A stretch of DNA of 39,074 nucleotides, taken from the IMG/VR virus record IMGVR_UViG_3300037467_000878, positions 1 to 39,074 of that record; one strand, given 5' to 3'. Below the pieces are notes generated by a model. That model saw nothing but the letters and a program-made list of their open reading frames with translations. It searched no databases and had not been told where the DNA came from. Of the stretch, positions 8,568-17,156 are shown in pieces. Source of the DNA: a virus. Its lineage: Duplodnaviria; Caudoviricetes. The translations under genes were made by a program, and so were the position numbers. Each line of letters starts with the position of its first letter. The first letter of the stretch is position 1.

Positions 8568-9613
8568 TGCAGTTCCAGAAAGCCGAGCGCCGCCAGGCCA
8601 AGCTCCGCCTCGCCATTACCGGCCCGTCCGGCTCGGGCAAGACGTGGGGCGCTCTGCAGGTCGCCAAGGGCCTGGGCGGGCGCGTGGCGGTCATCGACAC
8701 CGAGCGCGGCTCCGCATCGCTCTATAGCCACTTGACCGAGTTCGACGTGCTGGAGTTGGGCGCCCCCTACTCCCCGGAACGATTCATCGAGGCCGTGAAG
8801 GCCGCCGAGGGCGCCGGCTATGACGTTCTCGTCATCGACTCCGCATCGCACGAATGGAACGGCGTCGGCGGCTGCTTGGAGTTGGTCGACCACGTCGCTG
8901 CGACGCGGTTCAAGGGCAATTCCTGGTCGGCGTGGAACGAGGTCACGCCTCGTCACCGCGCCTTTCTGGACGCCTTGCTGCGATCCAATCTGCATGTGAT
9001 CGCCACGATGCGCTCCAAGACCGAGACCGCGCAGACCGAGGAGAATGGCCGCAAGAAGGTGGTCAAGCTCGGCATGAAGTCCGAGCAGCGGGATGGCGTG
9101 GAGTACGAGTTCACGACGGTGCTCGACCTCTCCCACGAGGGCCATTACGCCATCGCCAGCAAGGACCGCACGGGCCTCTTCACTGGCGACCCCGCCGCAC
9201 TCTCGCCCGAGACCGGCCGCCGGCTCCTGGCGTGGCTTCAGAGCGGCGCAGAACCGGTTGCGACCGGGGAACCTGCCCGCGCGCCAGAGATCGGTGGCGC
9301 CGGCCGCAAGTCCTCCGCCCAGGCCAAGCGCGACGGCGACGACGCCAAGATCAAGGCCGACATCGCCGCATGCGATGGGGAGGGCCTGAAAGACTGGCAC
9401 GCCAACTTCGACAGCTACACCGCCCACCTTCCCCTGTCCTGGCTCGACAGCATCCGAGACATGCTGGAGCACCGGATGGAAGAGCTGAACGGCCAGGCTG
9501 CGGTGGAGGAGGACCAAGCTGCGCTGGACGCGGAATTTCGCAATGCGGTGGGCGTGGTCCGTGGTTCGGATCTGGCCCGGAACATCGCTGCAGGTCGTGA
9601 GGCGGCGGCGTAA
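8564..9613 (+). CDS. AAA_24 / Sak4-like phage recombination ATPase
   Basis: Walker A GPSGSGKT, IDTERGS, Walker B VLVIDS, EYEFTTV motifs. Confidence 0.88.
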   Translation: MMQFQKAERRQAKLRLAITGPSGSGKTWGALQVAKGLGGRVAVIDTERGSASLYSHLTEFDVLELGAPYSPERFIEAVKAAEGAGYDVLVIDSASHEWNGVGGCLELVDHVAATRFKGNSWSAWNEVTPRHRAFLDALLRSNLHVIATMRSKTETAQTEENGRKKVVKLGMKSEQRDGVEYEFTTVLDLSHEGHYAIASKDRTGLFTGDPAALSPETGRRLLAWLQSGAEPVATGEPARAPEIGGAGRKSSAQAKRDGDDAKIKADIAACDGEGLKDWHANFDSYTAHLPLSWLDSIRDMLEHRMEELNGQAAVEEDQAALDAEFRNAVGVVRGSDLARNIAAGREAAA

Positions 9614-10080
9614 TGGCCCTGGATATCCTCCTGTCAAAGCTGGGGAACAAGCTCGTCCCGATGGACGACCTTGCCGAGGAGGACCTGTCCGCGCTGCCCG
9701 AGGGCAAGCCGCTGATGGCGAAGGTGTCTCTCTCGCGCTCCCTCCCGCAGCACCGCCTGCTGTTCAAGCTGATCCGCGAGACGGCCAAGGCGTGCCCGAC
9801 GCCGGTTAGCGAGAACGCCCTTCGGCAATGGCTCACGGTGCGCACCGGCCACGTGGACCACCTTCCGCTCGGCTTCGGCCAGAGCTACGCGGCGCCCAGG
9901 TCGTGGGCCTTCGACAAGATGGACCAGACCGAGTTCAGGAAGCTGTTCGATGACGTCGTGCAGCTGATCCTGACGGAGATCGCGCCCGGCCTTCCGGAAG
10001 GCTTCACAGACCAGTTCCTCGCAATTCTCGACGGCAGGGACGCGGCGGGCGCCAACAACGCCCCCGCGGCTGCCGCGTGA
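9613..10080 (+). CDS. DUF1367-like recombination-associated protein
   Basis: RSLPQHRLLF...APRSWAFDKMDQTEFRKLF pattern. Confidence 0.75.
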   Translation: MALDILLSKLGNKLVPMDDLAEEDLSALPEGKPLMAKVSLSRSLPQHRLLFKLIRETAKACPTPVSENALRQWLTVRTGHVDHLPLGFGQSYAAPRSWAFDKMDQTEFRKLFDDVVQLILTEIAPGLPEGFTDQFLAILDGRDAAGANNAPAAAA

Positions 10081-10283
10081 CCGTCCTCCTGATCCTGACC
10101 GCCTGGTACGGGTGCTGCGGCCTCGCGCTGGTCTGCATCAGCGCTGCGCCCGGCGCGCTGATCGACATCGACACTCGCCAGCCCAAGAGCTTCCCGTTTT
10201 TGGCCTGGGTCATTATCTGGCTCGGCTGGCCTTACTTCCTCGTCTGCTGGACGCGGAACATGCTCGGCGGCGGCGCACGATGA
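10077..10283 (+). CDS. Small membrane protein
   Basis: Two hydrophobic segments; coupled. Confidence 0.6.
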   Translation: MTVLLILTAWYGCCGLALVCISAAPGALIDIDTRQPKSFPFLAWVIIWLGWPYFLVCWTRNMLGGGAR

Positions 10284-10630
10284 GCAAGCTCGCCATCCGC
10301 GATCCCGTCGAGATCGAGCCTCGCCGCATGACCCCCGCGAGGCGCGCCCGCATCATAGAGCGCGACGGCGGGTGCTGCGTCCGTCCTGGCTGCGAGACCC
10401 CCACGGAGGGTCTTCAAGTGGACCACATCGTGGCCCTGGAGCTTGGCGGGGCGGACGCGGACTGGAACCTCGAAACCTTGTGCACGCCTCACCACAAGAT
10501 CAAGACCCGCGCAGACGTGGCCGCCATCGCCAAGGCCAAGCGCCGACAGGCGAAGCACGACGGCACGGCCCCGCCTCCTACTCAGCAACTCCGCTCGCGG
10601 AACACGTTCAAGCGCAGGTGGGCGGAATGA
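10280..10630 (+). CDS. HNH endonuclease
   Basis: RDGGCC...C...VDHIVALELGGADADWNLETLCTPHH. Confidence 0.9.
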   Translation: MSKLAIRDPVEIEPRRMTPARRARIIERDGGCCVRPGCETPTEGLQVDHIVALELGGADADWNLETLCTPHHKIKTRADVAAIAKAKRRQAKHDGTAPPPTQQLRSRNTFKRRWAE

Positions 10631-10703
10631 CCCTCGCGTCGCACCTCCCCTCGGGTGGCGAGGCTGTGGTCCCTCGTCCAACTGGGCAACACGGGATGAA
10701 CCC

Positions 10704-11219
10704 ATGACCCCCCTTCCCCCAACACCAGACCTTATAGCGATAGCGGAGGCGGCGACGCTACCAGATGTGCTGCCTGACCATTGGACGTCGGCCGAGGGCC
10801 GAGAGATGGCCGTGGAATATCTCACCCTGCCCCGCAACAGGTTGGGGCGATCAGACCTGACCGACTTCGCCCTCGCCAACGCGGTCTTCCTCGCGGACCG
10901 AAGCGACCTCGACCTCATCGTCTACCAGACGGCCGCGAAGGAGCGCATCCGGTGGCTCTCAGCGCATCTGGCCGCCCTCCTCTCCGAACGCGCCTCCCTC
11001 CAGGAACGTCTCGCCAAGGCGCTGGGGGTGCTGGAGTGGTTCATCGCCCACCGAGCAACCGTGGCGGCCGATCTGGTCTCAGCACACTTCGCGCGCGGCG
11101 ATGCGGCCAGCGAGTTGATGCGGGAAGACGACCGCGACCTGCGCCGCGACTTCAACGATGCCTGCGAACGCGCCTCCCAGGTCCACGCCGAACTCCATCC
11201 GAAGGACAAGAGCGAATGA
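10704..11219 (+). CDS. Hypothetical protein
   Basis: Operon tiling; helical protein-like composition. Confidence 0.65.
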   Translation: MTPLPPTPDLIAIAEAATLPDVLPDHWTSAEGREMAVEYLTLPRNRLGRSDLTDFALANAVFLADRSDLDLIVYQTAAKERIRWLSAHLAALLSERASLQERLAKALGVLEWFIAHRATVAADLVSAHFARGDAASELMREDDRDLRRDFNDACERASQVHAELHPKDKSE

Positions 11220-11512
11220 GCGGGAAGCTGACGCCGCGGCGCGAGGACTGCAAGGCGAGTCCGCGCCTGATCATCGCGGAGGTGCCGGATTACGGCTACC
11301 GCATCGGTTACGTCATCACACCGCACGGCGTGGTCTCCGTCTACACGCAAGGGCGGTTCCGCGGCCTCGAACCGATGACCAGCTTCGACGTCGCGTCCAA
11401 CGGCCGCTGCTACCGCATCGACTGGGACCGCACGTTCACCGACCGATACCTGATCACGCTCGCGAAAAGGTTCGCCGCCGAGATCGCCCTCAAGGACCAG
11501 TCCCATGGCTGA
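11216..11512 (+). CDS. Hypothetical protein
   Basis: ATGA coupling. Confidence 0.65.
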   Translation: MSGKLTPRREDCKASPRLIIAEVPDYGYRIGYVITPHGVVSVYTQGRFRGLEPMTSFDVASNGRCYRIDWDRTFTDRYLITLAKRFAAEIALKDQSHG

Positions 11513-11741
11513 GGTGAAGCGCGACGACGCAGACCGCATGGCCTTGCAGTTCCTGGCCGACAACGGACCCCACACCATGGGCCAGATCAACGACGACGGC
11601 GCCTTCGCAGCGGCCATGATCTTCTTCGGTTTGGAGAAGTCAGGCCTCGTCACGCGGACAAACTTCGGCAACGGCCACCTCCAGTTCTCGATCACCGAAG
11701 CCGGCCGCGCCGCCCTCACCAAGGAGGGCGAACGTGGATGA
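11505..11741 (+). CDS. Small winged-helix-like protein
   Basis: GLEKSGLVTR...FSITEAGRAAL wing motif. Confidence 0.6.
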   Translation: MAEVKRDDADRMALQFLADNGPHTMGQINDDGAFAAAMIFFGLEKSGLVTRTNFGNGHLQFSITEAGRAALTKEGERG

Positions 11742-11898
11742 GCTGAAGCCGGACCTTCCGTTCGTCTGTCGGCACGAAGATCCGCGCTGCGAGGACGATC
11801 CCTGTCCGGCCGGTATCCAGTGGCTGTGCAATGCCCCGGCCGATCACCCCGCCCGCAAAGCCCCCGCCCTCACCAAGGACGCCCCCGACCATGGATGA
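11734..11898 (+). CDS. 54-aa Cys-rich protein (not in ORF track)
   Basis: GTG after SD AAGGAGG; CRHEDPRCEDDPCPAGIQWLC. Confidence 0.5.
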   Translation: MDELKPDLPFVCRHEDPRCEDDPCPAGIQWLCNAPADHPARKAPALTKDAPDHG

Positions 11899-12118
11899 CG
11901 ACTTCCTGTCGATGACCAAAACCGAGTTCCTGCGCCGATTCACGGCCAAGCTAGTGAGCCTCGTGGGCCCGACGTATTTCGAAGAGGACGACCCCGAGCC
12001 GCACTCCACCATCGAGTACGCCGAGGAGGTCGCCCCGAGCTACTACGAAGACACCGCTCAGCGCGCCGAGGGCCCAGAACAATGCGCCCAGGACGACTAC
12101 AGCTGTTGGGGGGACTGA
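11891..12118 (+). CDS. Acidic hypothetical protein
   Basis: SD AAGGA; MDDDFLSM... Confidence 0.65.
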   Translation: MDDDFLSMTKTEFLRRFTAKLVSLVGPTYFEEDDPEPHSTIEYAEEVAPSYYEDTAQRAEGPEQCAQDDYSCWGD

Positions 12119-12120
12119 CC

Positions 12121-12693
12121 ATGGATGACCGACCGGCAGAGGCTGAAGACGCGCGCATCGCGGCGCTGGCCGAACTCCGCGCAGCGCCGGCGGATGAGGA
12201 AATCCGCAAGCTGCTCGCGATGGCGCACATCGCTGGCGGCCATCCTGACGATGACGACCCGGAAGGCTTCGACGCCCAGGTCGGGCGCGAGTTCATCCGG
12301 CTTCGGCACAAGATTGCAGGCGCGCTCTCCGAACTAGAGCGGGAGCGGGATGAGGCGAGGGAGACGATCAGCGACGCCATCGCGATGCTCGACCGCTATG
12401 ACGCGCCGGCGCGCGACGAGGGCGACGGTGGACCTCTGAGCATCGCCGGCCGCGTCGAGGCAATGGTCTACGCCAAAGCGCTTGATGAGAACTCCCGTCT
12501 CCGAGCCGCAGGTCGCGCGCTTGAAGCCCAAGCCCGCGTGGCCGCGCTGGAGGCGGGGTTGAGGGAGTTGGCCGACAGCCTCGAAGAGGAAATCAAGGGC
12601 CGCGCCGACAATGAATTGCCTCGCCGGATCGCCCGTGACCTAGAGCCTGTTCGTGCGGCCCGAGCCCTCTTGGAGGCCAACAGCCATGACTGA
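12121..12693 (+). CDS. Coiled-coil hypothetical protein
   Basis: Operon tiling; heptad-rich. Confidence 0.65.
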   Translation: MDDRPAEAEDARIAALAELRAAPADEEIRKLLAMAHIAGGHPDDDDPEGFDAQVGREFIRLRHKIAGALSELERERDEARETISDAIAMLDRYDAPARDEGDGGPLSIAGRVEAMVYAKALDENSRLRAAGRALEAQARVAALEAGLRELADSLEEEIKGRADNELPRRIARDLEPVRAARALLEANSHD

Positions 12694-13297
12694 AGACCTG
12701 ATCGGGAAGCTGAGGGAAGAGGCCGCTGAGGAGGCCATGATCTACACGAGGCCGTGGCCGGTGATCTGCGACCTCCTCCTCCAAGCCGCTGAAGCTCTGT
12801 CAGCCGCCCCCGTCCAGGCCGTGGATCGGGAAGAGGTGGCAGGGATCATCGATCCTTTTGCGACCCACGATGGGGCGAGCGGCAGTCCGGTCACCAAGCA
12901 ACGCCGGGAGATCGCCCTCATGAAGGCTGACGCCATCCTCTATCTGTTCCGCGGGAGGGAAGATGGCCTCTTGCGTCATACGTGCGGCGACGAGGGGCCC
13001 ATAGCCCTCGCTGCCACCGAGGACCAGTCTTCTGCGGCATGGACACTGGATCACCGCCTCGGGTGGACCACCAACAGCCTGGATCAGCTTGCGGCTGAAC
13101 TGCGTCGCGATGCGCGTCGCGCCCGGCAGCGCTTCTTGGGCGACAGCGAAACTGCGCGCCTATATCGCGAGCCGTCGAACTACTACGCCGCAGCGTTGGA
13201 GCGTGCCGCTGACATTCTCGCGGTCGCCTCCGGAAGGGCCGCCCTAGCCAAGGCCCACCCTCCCGCAACCGAGAAGACGGAAGGGGGTGAGGGGTGA
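12686..13297 (+). CDS. Hypothetical protein
   Basis: SD GGAGG; MTEDLIGKL... Confidence 0.65.
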   Translation: MTEDLIGKLREEAAEEAMIYTRPWPVICDLLLQAAEALSAAPVQAVDREEVAGIIDPFATHDGASGSPVTKQRREIALMKADAILYLFRGREDGLLRHTCGDEGPIALAATEDQSSAAWTLDHRLGWTTNSLDQLAAELRRDARRARQRFLGDSETARLYREPSNYYAAALERAADILAVASGRAALAKAHPPATEKTEGGEG

Positions 13298-13647
13298 GCG
13301 AGACCTTCGATCTGCGCTGGCTTGAAGACTGCGACGCGATGGAGGCGAATCTCAATGACGTCGCCGCAAGCTACGCCGCAGCTGAGCGCGCCCTTGGCCT
13401 TCCGTATGGTCTGGAAATCGGCCGCCGTCGCTTGCTGATCCGCGCCGCGCGTGAGGGCATCTGCACCTGGTGCGAAACGCGGCCAGACGACGGCGTGTAT
13501 CCTTGGCGCTGCAAGTGCGGGCGCGTGGTCCAAAAGGCAGTTGCCAGGGAGCGAAGCGAACACTGGTCGCATCCCCAGGTCGAAGGTGAAAGCCCCCGGG
13601 AGGAACTATCAAACAACCCCCCTCCATCTTCAGAGGGAGAAGGGTAG
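13294..13647 (+). CDS. Hypothetical zinc-ribbon-containing protein
   Basis: CTWC...CKCG; GTGA coupling. Confidence 0.55.
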   Translation: MSETFDLRWLEDCDAMEANLNDVAASYAAAERALGLPYGLEIGRRRLLIRAAREGICTWCETRPDDGVYPWRCKCGRVVQKAVARERSEHWSHPQVEGESPREELSNNPPPSSEGEG

Positions 13648-13995
13648 ATGGCCATCCAGACCGTGAGCGCCGAGCGCTTCGAAGAACTGCTGTCGGCAAT
13701 CGACCGCAGCAATCAGCGCCTCGCGCAGGCCATGGAGACCGAACAGGACGCCTTGCGGGTCATGTTCGCGGCGTGGGAGCGCCTGAGGCAGCTTGGCTGG
13801 AACGACGCCATCTACTGCCCGAAGGACGGCTCAAGCTTCCACGTCATCGAGGCGGGCAGCACCGGCATCCACACGGCCCACTATGAAGGCAAGTGGCCGG
13901 ATGGCTCCTGGTGGGTCGCCGAGGCGGGGGACCTGTGGCCCTCGCGCCCGATCCTCTGGCGTCCCATTCCTGCCGCTGCGGGGAGGCCCCGCTAA
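13648..13995 (+). CDS. Conserved phage hypothetical protein
   Basis: LGWNDAIYCPKDGS...EAGSTGIH...GDLWPSRPILWR pattern. Confidence 0.75.
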   Translation: MAIQTVSAERFEELLSAIDRSNQRLAQAMETEQDALRVMFAAWERLRQLGWNDAIYCPKDGSSFHVIEAGSTGIHTAHYEGKWPDGSWWVAEAGDLWPSRPILWRPIPAAAGRPR

Positions 13996-14041
13996 TGCCC
14001 TCCCCCTCCCTCCACCAGACGGCAAGCGCGGAGGCTTGGCG

Positions 14042-14482
14042 ATGAGCGAGGCCGCGCTCTCCGATGATATCCCGCTGCGCCTTGAACAGGCCGTAGCCGT
14101 CATGGGCGCGCGCGGCTATCCCCTGACGGTGAGCATGTTGCGCACAGAAATCCGCAAGGGCCGGTTGATCCCCGTCGAGGTCGCCGGGAAGTTCTTCGTC
14201 ACCCCCCGCCAGATCAGGGACCTCTTCACCCCATGCCCCGTCGCGCCAAAGGCCCTCGCCTCTACCTCCGCACAGGCCGGCGGGACAAGCGTTCCGGAAA
14301 GCCCCTCCCCGACGTCTGGGTCATCCGAGATGGAGCGGTTGAGAGCAGCACAGGCTGCGGCCCTCAGCAGCAGGAGGCGGCCGAGCGAAAGCTCTCAGAC
14401 TACCTCGCCCAGAAATTCCAGGCGCCAGCCCTCAAAGCCGACAGCCGCCGTGATCCGTCCGTCGTTTTCGTCGCCGAGGTGA
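14042..14482 (+). CDS. xis: Excisionase-like HTH protein overlapping integrase
   Basis: PLRLEQAV...LTVSMLRTEIRKGRL...VAGKFFVTPRQIR; SD GGAGG; directly upstream of int. Confidence 0.7.
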   Translation: MSEAALSDDIPLRLEQAVAVMGARGYPLTVSMLRTEIRKGRLIPVEVAGKFFVTPRQIRDLFTPCPVAPKALASTSAQAGGTSVPESPSPTSGSSEMERLRAAQAAALSSRRRPSESSQTTSPRNSRRQPSKPTAAVIRPSFSSPR

Positions 14483-15441
14483 TCGCGCTCTACAAGCAGG
14501 ACAAGGCCGATAAGTCCGGCCTCGACGCCGCCACCTTCGACCGCTTCGTCGCCAACCTCATAGGTTGGTGGGCGGATCGCAAGCTCAGCGACGTGAAGCG
14601 CTCGACCTGTCAAGCCTATACCGCCCACAGGATGTCTCAGCCGGACGCCCGCTACAAGGACCCCGCGACCGCCCCACGCGTCTCGAGCGAGACGGCCCGG
14701 CGCGAGCTGGAGATGCTGAGCGCGTCGATCGGCTACTGGCATGGCGAAGACACCCTGACCACGCGGCCGGTCGTCTGGCTTCCCGACAAGCCCGAGAGCC
14801 CGCGCGAGGCCCTGACGCGCTCACAGGCCGCCGCGCTGCTGAAGGCGGCGATGGGCTGGCGGAAGACCGAAGACGGCTGGGCGCGGCTCTCTACGTCAGC
14901 GCGGGCCAATCGGGCGCACCTTCGCCGGTTCATCCTGATCGGGCTCTACACCGGCACCCGGCACAGCGCGATGCGGGCGCTCCTCTGGGAGGAGTCGCTA
15001 CATCAGGCCTGGGTGGATCTGGACAAAGGCATGATCTACCGCCGCGGGCGCGGCGAGCGGGAGACCGCGAAACGCCGTCCTGTCGTGAAGCTGCCGCGCA
15101 GGCTGCTGGCGCACATGAGGCGGTGGAGGCGGCTGGATCAGTTATCCAGGAATCCTGGAGAGCTGCCGCTCACGTCTGTCCTCCACCACGGCGGCGAGCC
15201 CATCGCCGGCAAGATCAGGACGGGCTTTGAGGGCTGCGTCCGCGACGCTGGCCTGCCCGAAGAGATCACCCCGCACTGGATGCGGCACACGGCGGCGACG
15301 TGGCTGATGGAGGCCGGCGTGGATATGTGGGAGGCGGCGGGCTACCTCGGGATGTCCGTCGCCACGCTGGAGAAGCACTACGGCCACCATCGCGCTGATC
15401 ACCAGGCGGGGGCCGTGCGGGCAATAGGAGGAAAGCGGTGA
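14233..15441 (+). CDS. int: Tyrosine integrase
   Basis: YTGTR (R), HWMRHT (HxxR), YLGM...KHYGHH (Y); adjacent att site. Confidence 0.95.
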   Translation: MPRRAKGPRLYLRTGRRDKRSGKPLPDVWVIRDGAVESSTGCGPQQQEAAERKLSDYLAQKFQAPALKADSRRDPSVVFVAEVIALYKQDKADKSGLDAATFDRFVANLIGWWADRKLSDVKRSTCQAYTAHRMSQPDARYKDPATAPRVSSETARRELEMLSASIGYWHGEDTLTTRPVVWLPDKPESPREALTRSQAAALLKAAMGWRKTEDGWARLSTSARANRAHLRRFILIGLYTGTRHSAMRALLWEESLHQAWVDLDKGMIYRRGRGERETAKRRPVVKLPRRLLAHMRRWRRLDQLSRNPGELPLTSVLHHGGEPIAGKIRTGFEGCVRDAGLPEEITPHWMRHTAATWLMEAGVDMWEAAGYLGMSVATLEKHYGHHRADHQAGAVRAIGGKR

Positions 15442-15728
15442 GCGAAGGCGAACCCTGGCGCAAGGCGAGCCACACCATGCGCGGCACTATGCGGCTGGTC
15501 TATACAAGCCCCGAAGCCAATCAGTTTCACCCCGTCCTCCGCCAAGAGGACCCCGAACACTACTGGCCCGACTATCCCGTCGTCGCCGTCATTGGCCCGT
15601 TCGACAATCACACGGGCCAGGGCGAACTGCAGGAGCGACTGCTTGCCGTGGTTCGCCAGTGGAATGCCGAAGTCGCGGAGGGGCTTCACTCCCCAGAAAC
15701 CCCCCAGAAACGACCGAAACAGGCGTGA
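15438..15728 (+). CDS. Hypothetical protein between int and attP
   Basis: GTGA coupling to int; SD AGGAGG. Confidence 0.6.
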   Translation: MSEGEPWRKASHTMRGTMRLVYTSPEANQFHPVLRQEDPEHYWPDYPVVAVIGPFDNHTGQGELQERLLAVVRQWNAEVAEGLHSPETPQKRPKQA

Positions 15729-15899
15729 ACAGAAGTGGAATAGCTGGGTAGCAGATGGACGGTTTACCGAGGGGAGGCCATAGTACTCACCTCGTTCACA
15801 CCGAGGGGGTCACAGGTTCAATCCCTGTCGCATCCACCATTCTTTTCAGTGGGTTGGCCTTTCGGGGCCGATCCGCTACCCAGAATACTCTCCAGAAAC
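15691..15899 (+). repeat. Integrase arm-type direct repeats flanking att core
   Basis: CCCCAGAAAC at 15691-15700 and 15702-15711; CCCAGAATAC at 15879-15888; TCCAGAAAC at 15891-15899. Confidence 0.65.
15788..15839 (+). other. attP core: 3' part of tRNA-Val(CAC)
   Basis: Anticodon arm CCTCG-TTCACAC-CGAGG, T arm ACAGG-TTCAATC-CCTGT, acceptor 3' strand CGCATCC-A-CCA; no 5' acceptor strand or D arm upstream. Confidence 0.9.
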
Positions 15900-15921
15900 G
15901 GCACTTTGCTGCACCGCACCT

Positions 15922-16149
15922 ATGCCCCGGCGCCTCCCATTGCCTTGGACCATCCACGACATGGGCCACTGCTACACGGTGAAGGATGGGAACGGGGTGG
16001 GGCTGGCAAACTTCCTATTCAGATACAGGGAAGTCGCCGGAACGAACCCTGAGGCGGTCCCGACGAAGGATGAAGCCCGAAGGCTTGCTGTTAACTTCGT
16101 GAGATGGGCTGAGAGAGCTGCGGGGGAGTTGATGAAGCCTCGCAACTAA
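15922..16149 (+). CDS. Conserved alphaproteobacterial small hypothetical protein
   Basis: MPRRLPLPWTI...VKDGNG..LA...TKDEARRLAVNF pattern recalled from alphaproteobacterial hypotheticals. Confidence 0.65.
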   Translation: MPRRLPLPWTIHDMGHCYTVKDGNGVGLANFLFRYREVAGTNPEAVPTKDEARRLAVNFVRWAERAAGELMKPRN

Positions 16150-16209
16150 TGTGTATCAGTGCGCATTTGTAGCTTGCACTACGGCTCCGTTAGTGTGTAT
16201 ATAGACACA
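16148..16209 (+). promoter_or_regulatory. hicAB promoter with two palindromic operators; probably leaderless
   Basis: TTGCAC (16174-16179) and TATATA (16198-16203); AATGTGTA-N4-TGCGCATT and TGTGT-N6-ACACA inverted repeats. Confidence 0.55.
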
Positions 16210-16397
16210 TGAATAGCCGGGATGTAATCAAGGCGATTGAGGCGGACGGGTGGGTCCTGGCGCGCACCAATGGCAGCCATCACCACTACAAGCACCCGAC
16301 CAAACCCGGCATCGTCACCGTCCCGCACCCAAAGCGGGACATCCCCATCGGGACGCTTCGTTCGATAGAGAAGCAGTCCGGTCTGAGCCTGAGGTGA
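16209..16397 (+). CDS. hicA: HicA toxin (mRNA interferase)
   Basis: GW...GSHHHYKHPTKPGIVTVPHPKRDIPIGTLRSI. Confidence 0.95.
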   Translation: MNSRDVIKAIEADGWVLARTNGSHHHYKHPTKPGIVTVPHPKRDIPIGTLRSIEKQSGLSLR

Positions 16398-16402
16398 GAG
16401 AC

Positions 16403-16801
16403 ATGCGCTATTACATCGCTCTGATCCACAAGGACAAAGGTAGCGATTTCGGTGTGTCGTTCCCCGACTTTCCGGGATGCGTCACCGCTGGCACGAGCCT
16501 GGAGGACGCCGCGGCCATGGCGCGTGAAGCCTTGGAGGGTCACGTCGCTCTCATGGCAGAGGATGGCGAGGCCATTCCGGAGCCCGGCTCTATGGACGCC
16601 ATCATGGCCGATCCAGAGAACCGTGATGGCACGCCCGTTCTAGTCCCCCTCGCGCCGGCTGTCTCGCGCAAGACCGTGCGGGTGAACATCACCCTGCCCG
16701 AAACGGAGCTCCAAACGATCGACCAGTTCGCGGAGAGCCATGGCTACACCCGGTCTGGCTTCCTGCTGAAAGCGGCTCGGCGAGAGATGGAAGCGGCCTG
16801 A
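16403..16801 (+). CDS. hicB: HicB antitoxin with C-terminal RHH
   Basis: FGVSFPDFPGCVTAG...AREAL; VRVNITLP...TRSGFL. Confidence 0.95.
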   Translation: MRYYIALIHKDKGSDFGVSFPDFPGCVTAGTSLEDAAAMAREALEGHVALMAEDGEAIPEPGSMDAIMADPENRDGTPVLVPLAPAVSRKTVRVNITLPETELQTIDQFAESHGYTRSGFLLKAARREMEAA

Positions 16802-16989
16802 TGCCCCCTCCCCCAATGACACCCGATAGCGCGGAGGGATGGCGGGAGATTGAGGCTGGCGCTTGTTGGGCGCGGCCATTGCGCAGGCGTAGGCCTTCCG
16901 CTGCGGATATCGTGCGCTTCCTCGGTGCTCCCGGGCAGAGCTTCGTTGGTCACGCTACTGGCGGTCCATCCCAGAGCCCACCGAAATGA
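16801..16989 (+). CDS. 62-aa hypothetical protein coupled to hicB
   Basis: TGATG overlap with hicB stop. Confidence 0.4.
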   Translation: MPPPPMTPDSAEGWREIEAGACWARPLRRRRPSAADIVRFLGAPGQSFVGHATGGPSQSPPK

Positions 16990-17156
16990 CTGAGAACGTG
17001 GTGGAGCGGCTTGGAAAGCGAGCTCGACGCCGTCGCCGGGGAAGGTTCCTGGCAGACCGGCTCAAGGCCCACCGGCGATGGGTGGACGCACTGCGCTGCA
17101 CTGGGAAAGCGTACCTTGCAGATCGCGCCTTCGCCCTCTCCTCCGACAAGGGCTGA
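16986..17156 (+). CDS. 56-aa Arg-rich hypothetical protein (not in ORF track)
   Basis: ATGA coupling; stop abuts the convergent lipoprotein stop. Confidence 0.4.
   Translation: MTENVVERLGKRARRRRRGRFLADRLKAHRRWVDALRCTGKAYLADRAFALSSDKG

Noticed and set aside
15760-15839. Complete tRNA-Val gene
   Set aside because: No 5' acceptor strand (GGATGCG expected) or D arm upstream; it is an att core fragment.
15755-15982. 75-aa ORF across the att site
   Set aside because: Translation of tRNA-derived sequence (HTEGVTGSIPVAST); artefact.
6040-16815. Recurrent C-rich gene starts (ATGCCCTCCCC-like) and EAA-stop gene ends as a repeat family
   Set aside because: Best explained by SD sequences embedded in upstream gene ends and low-structure 5' codon bias; not exact repeats.
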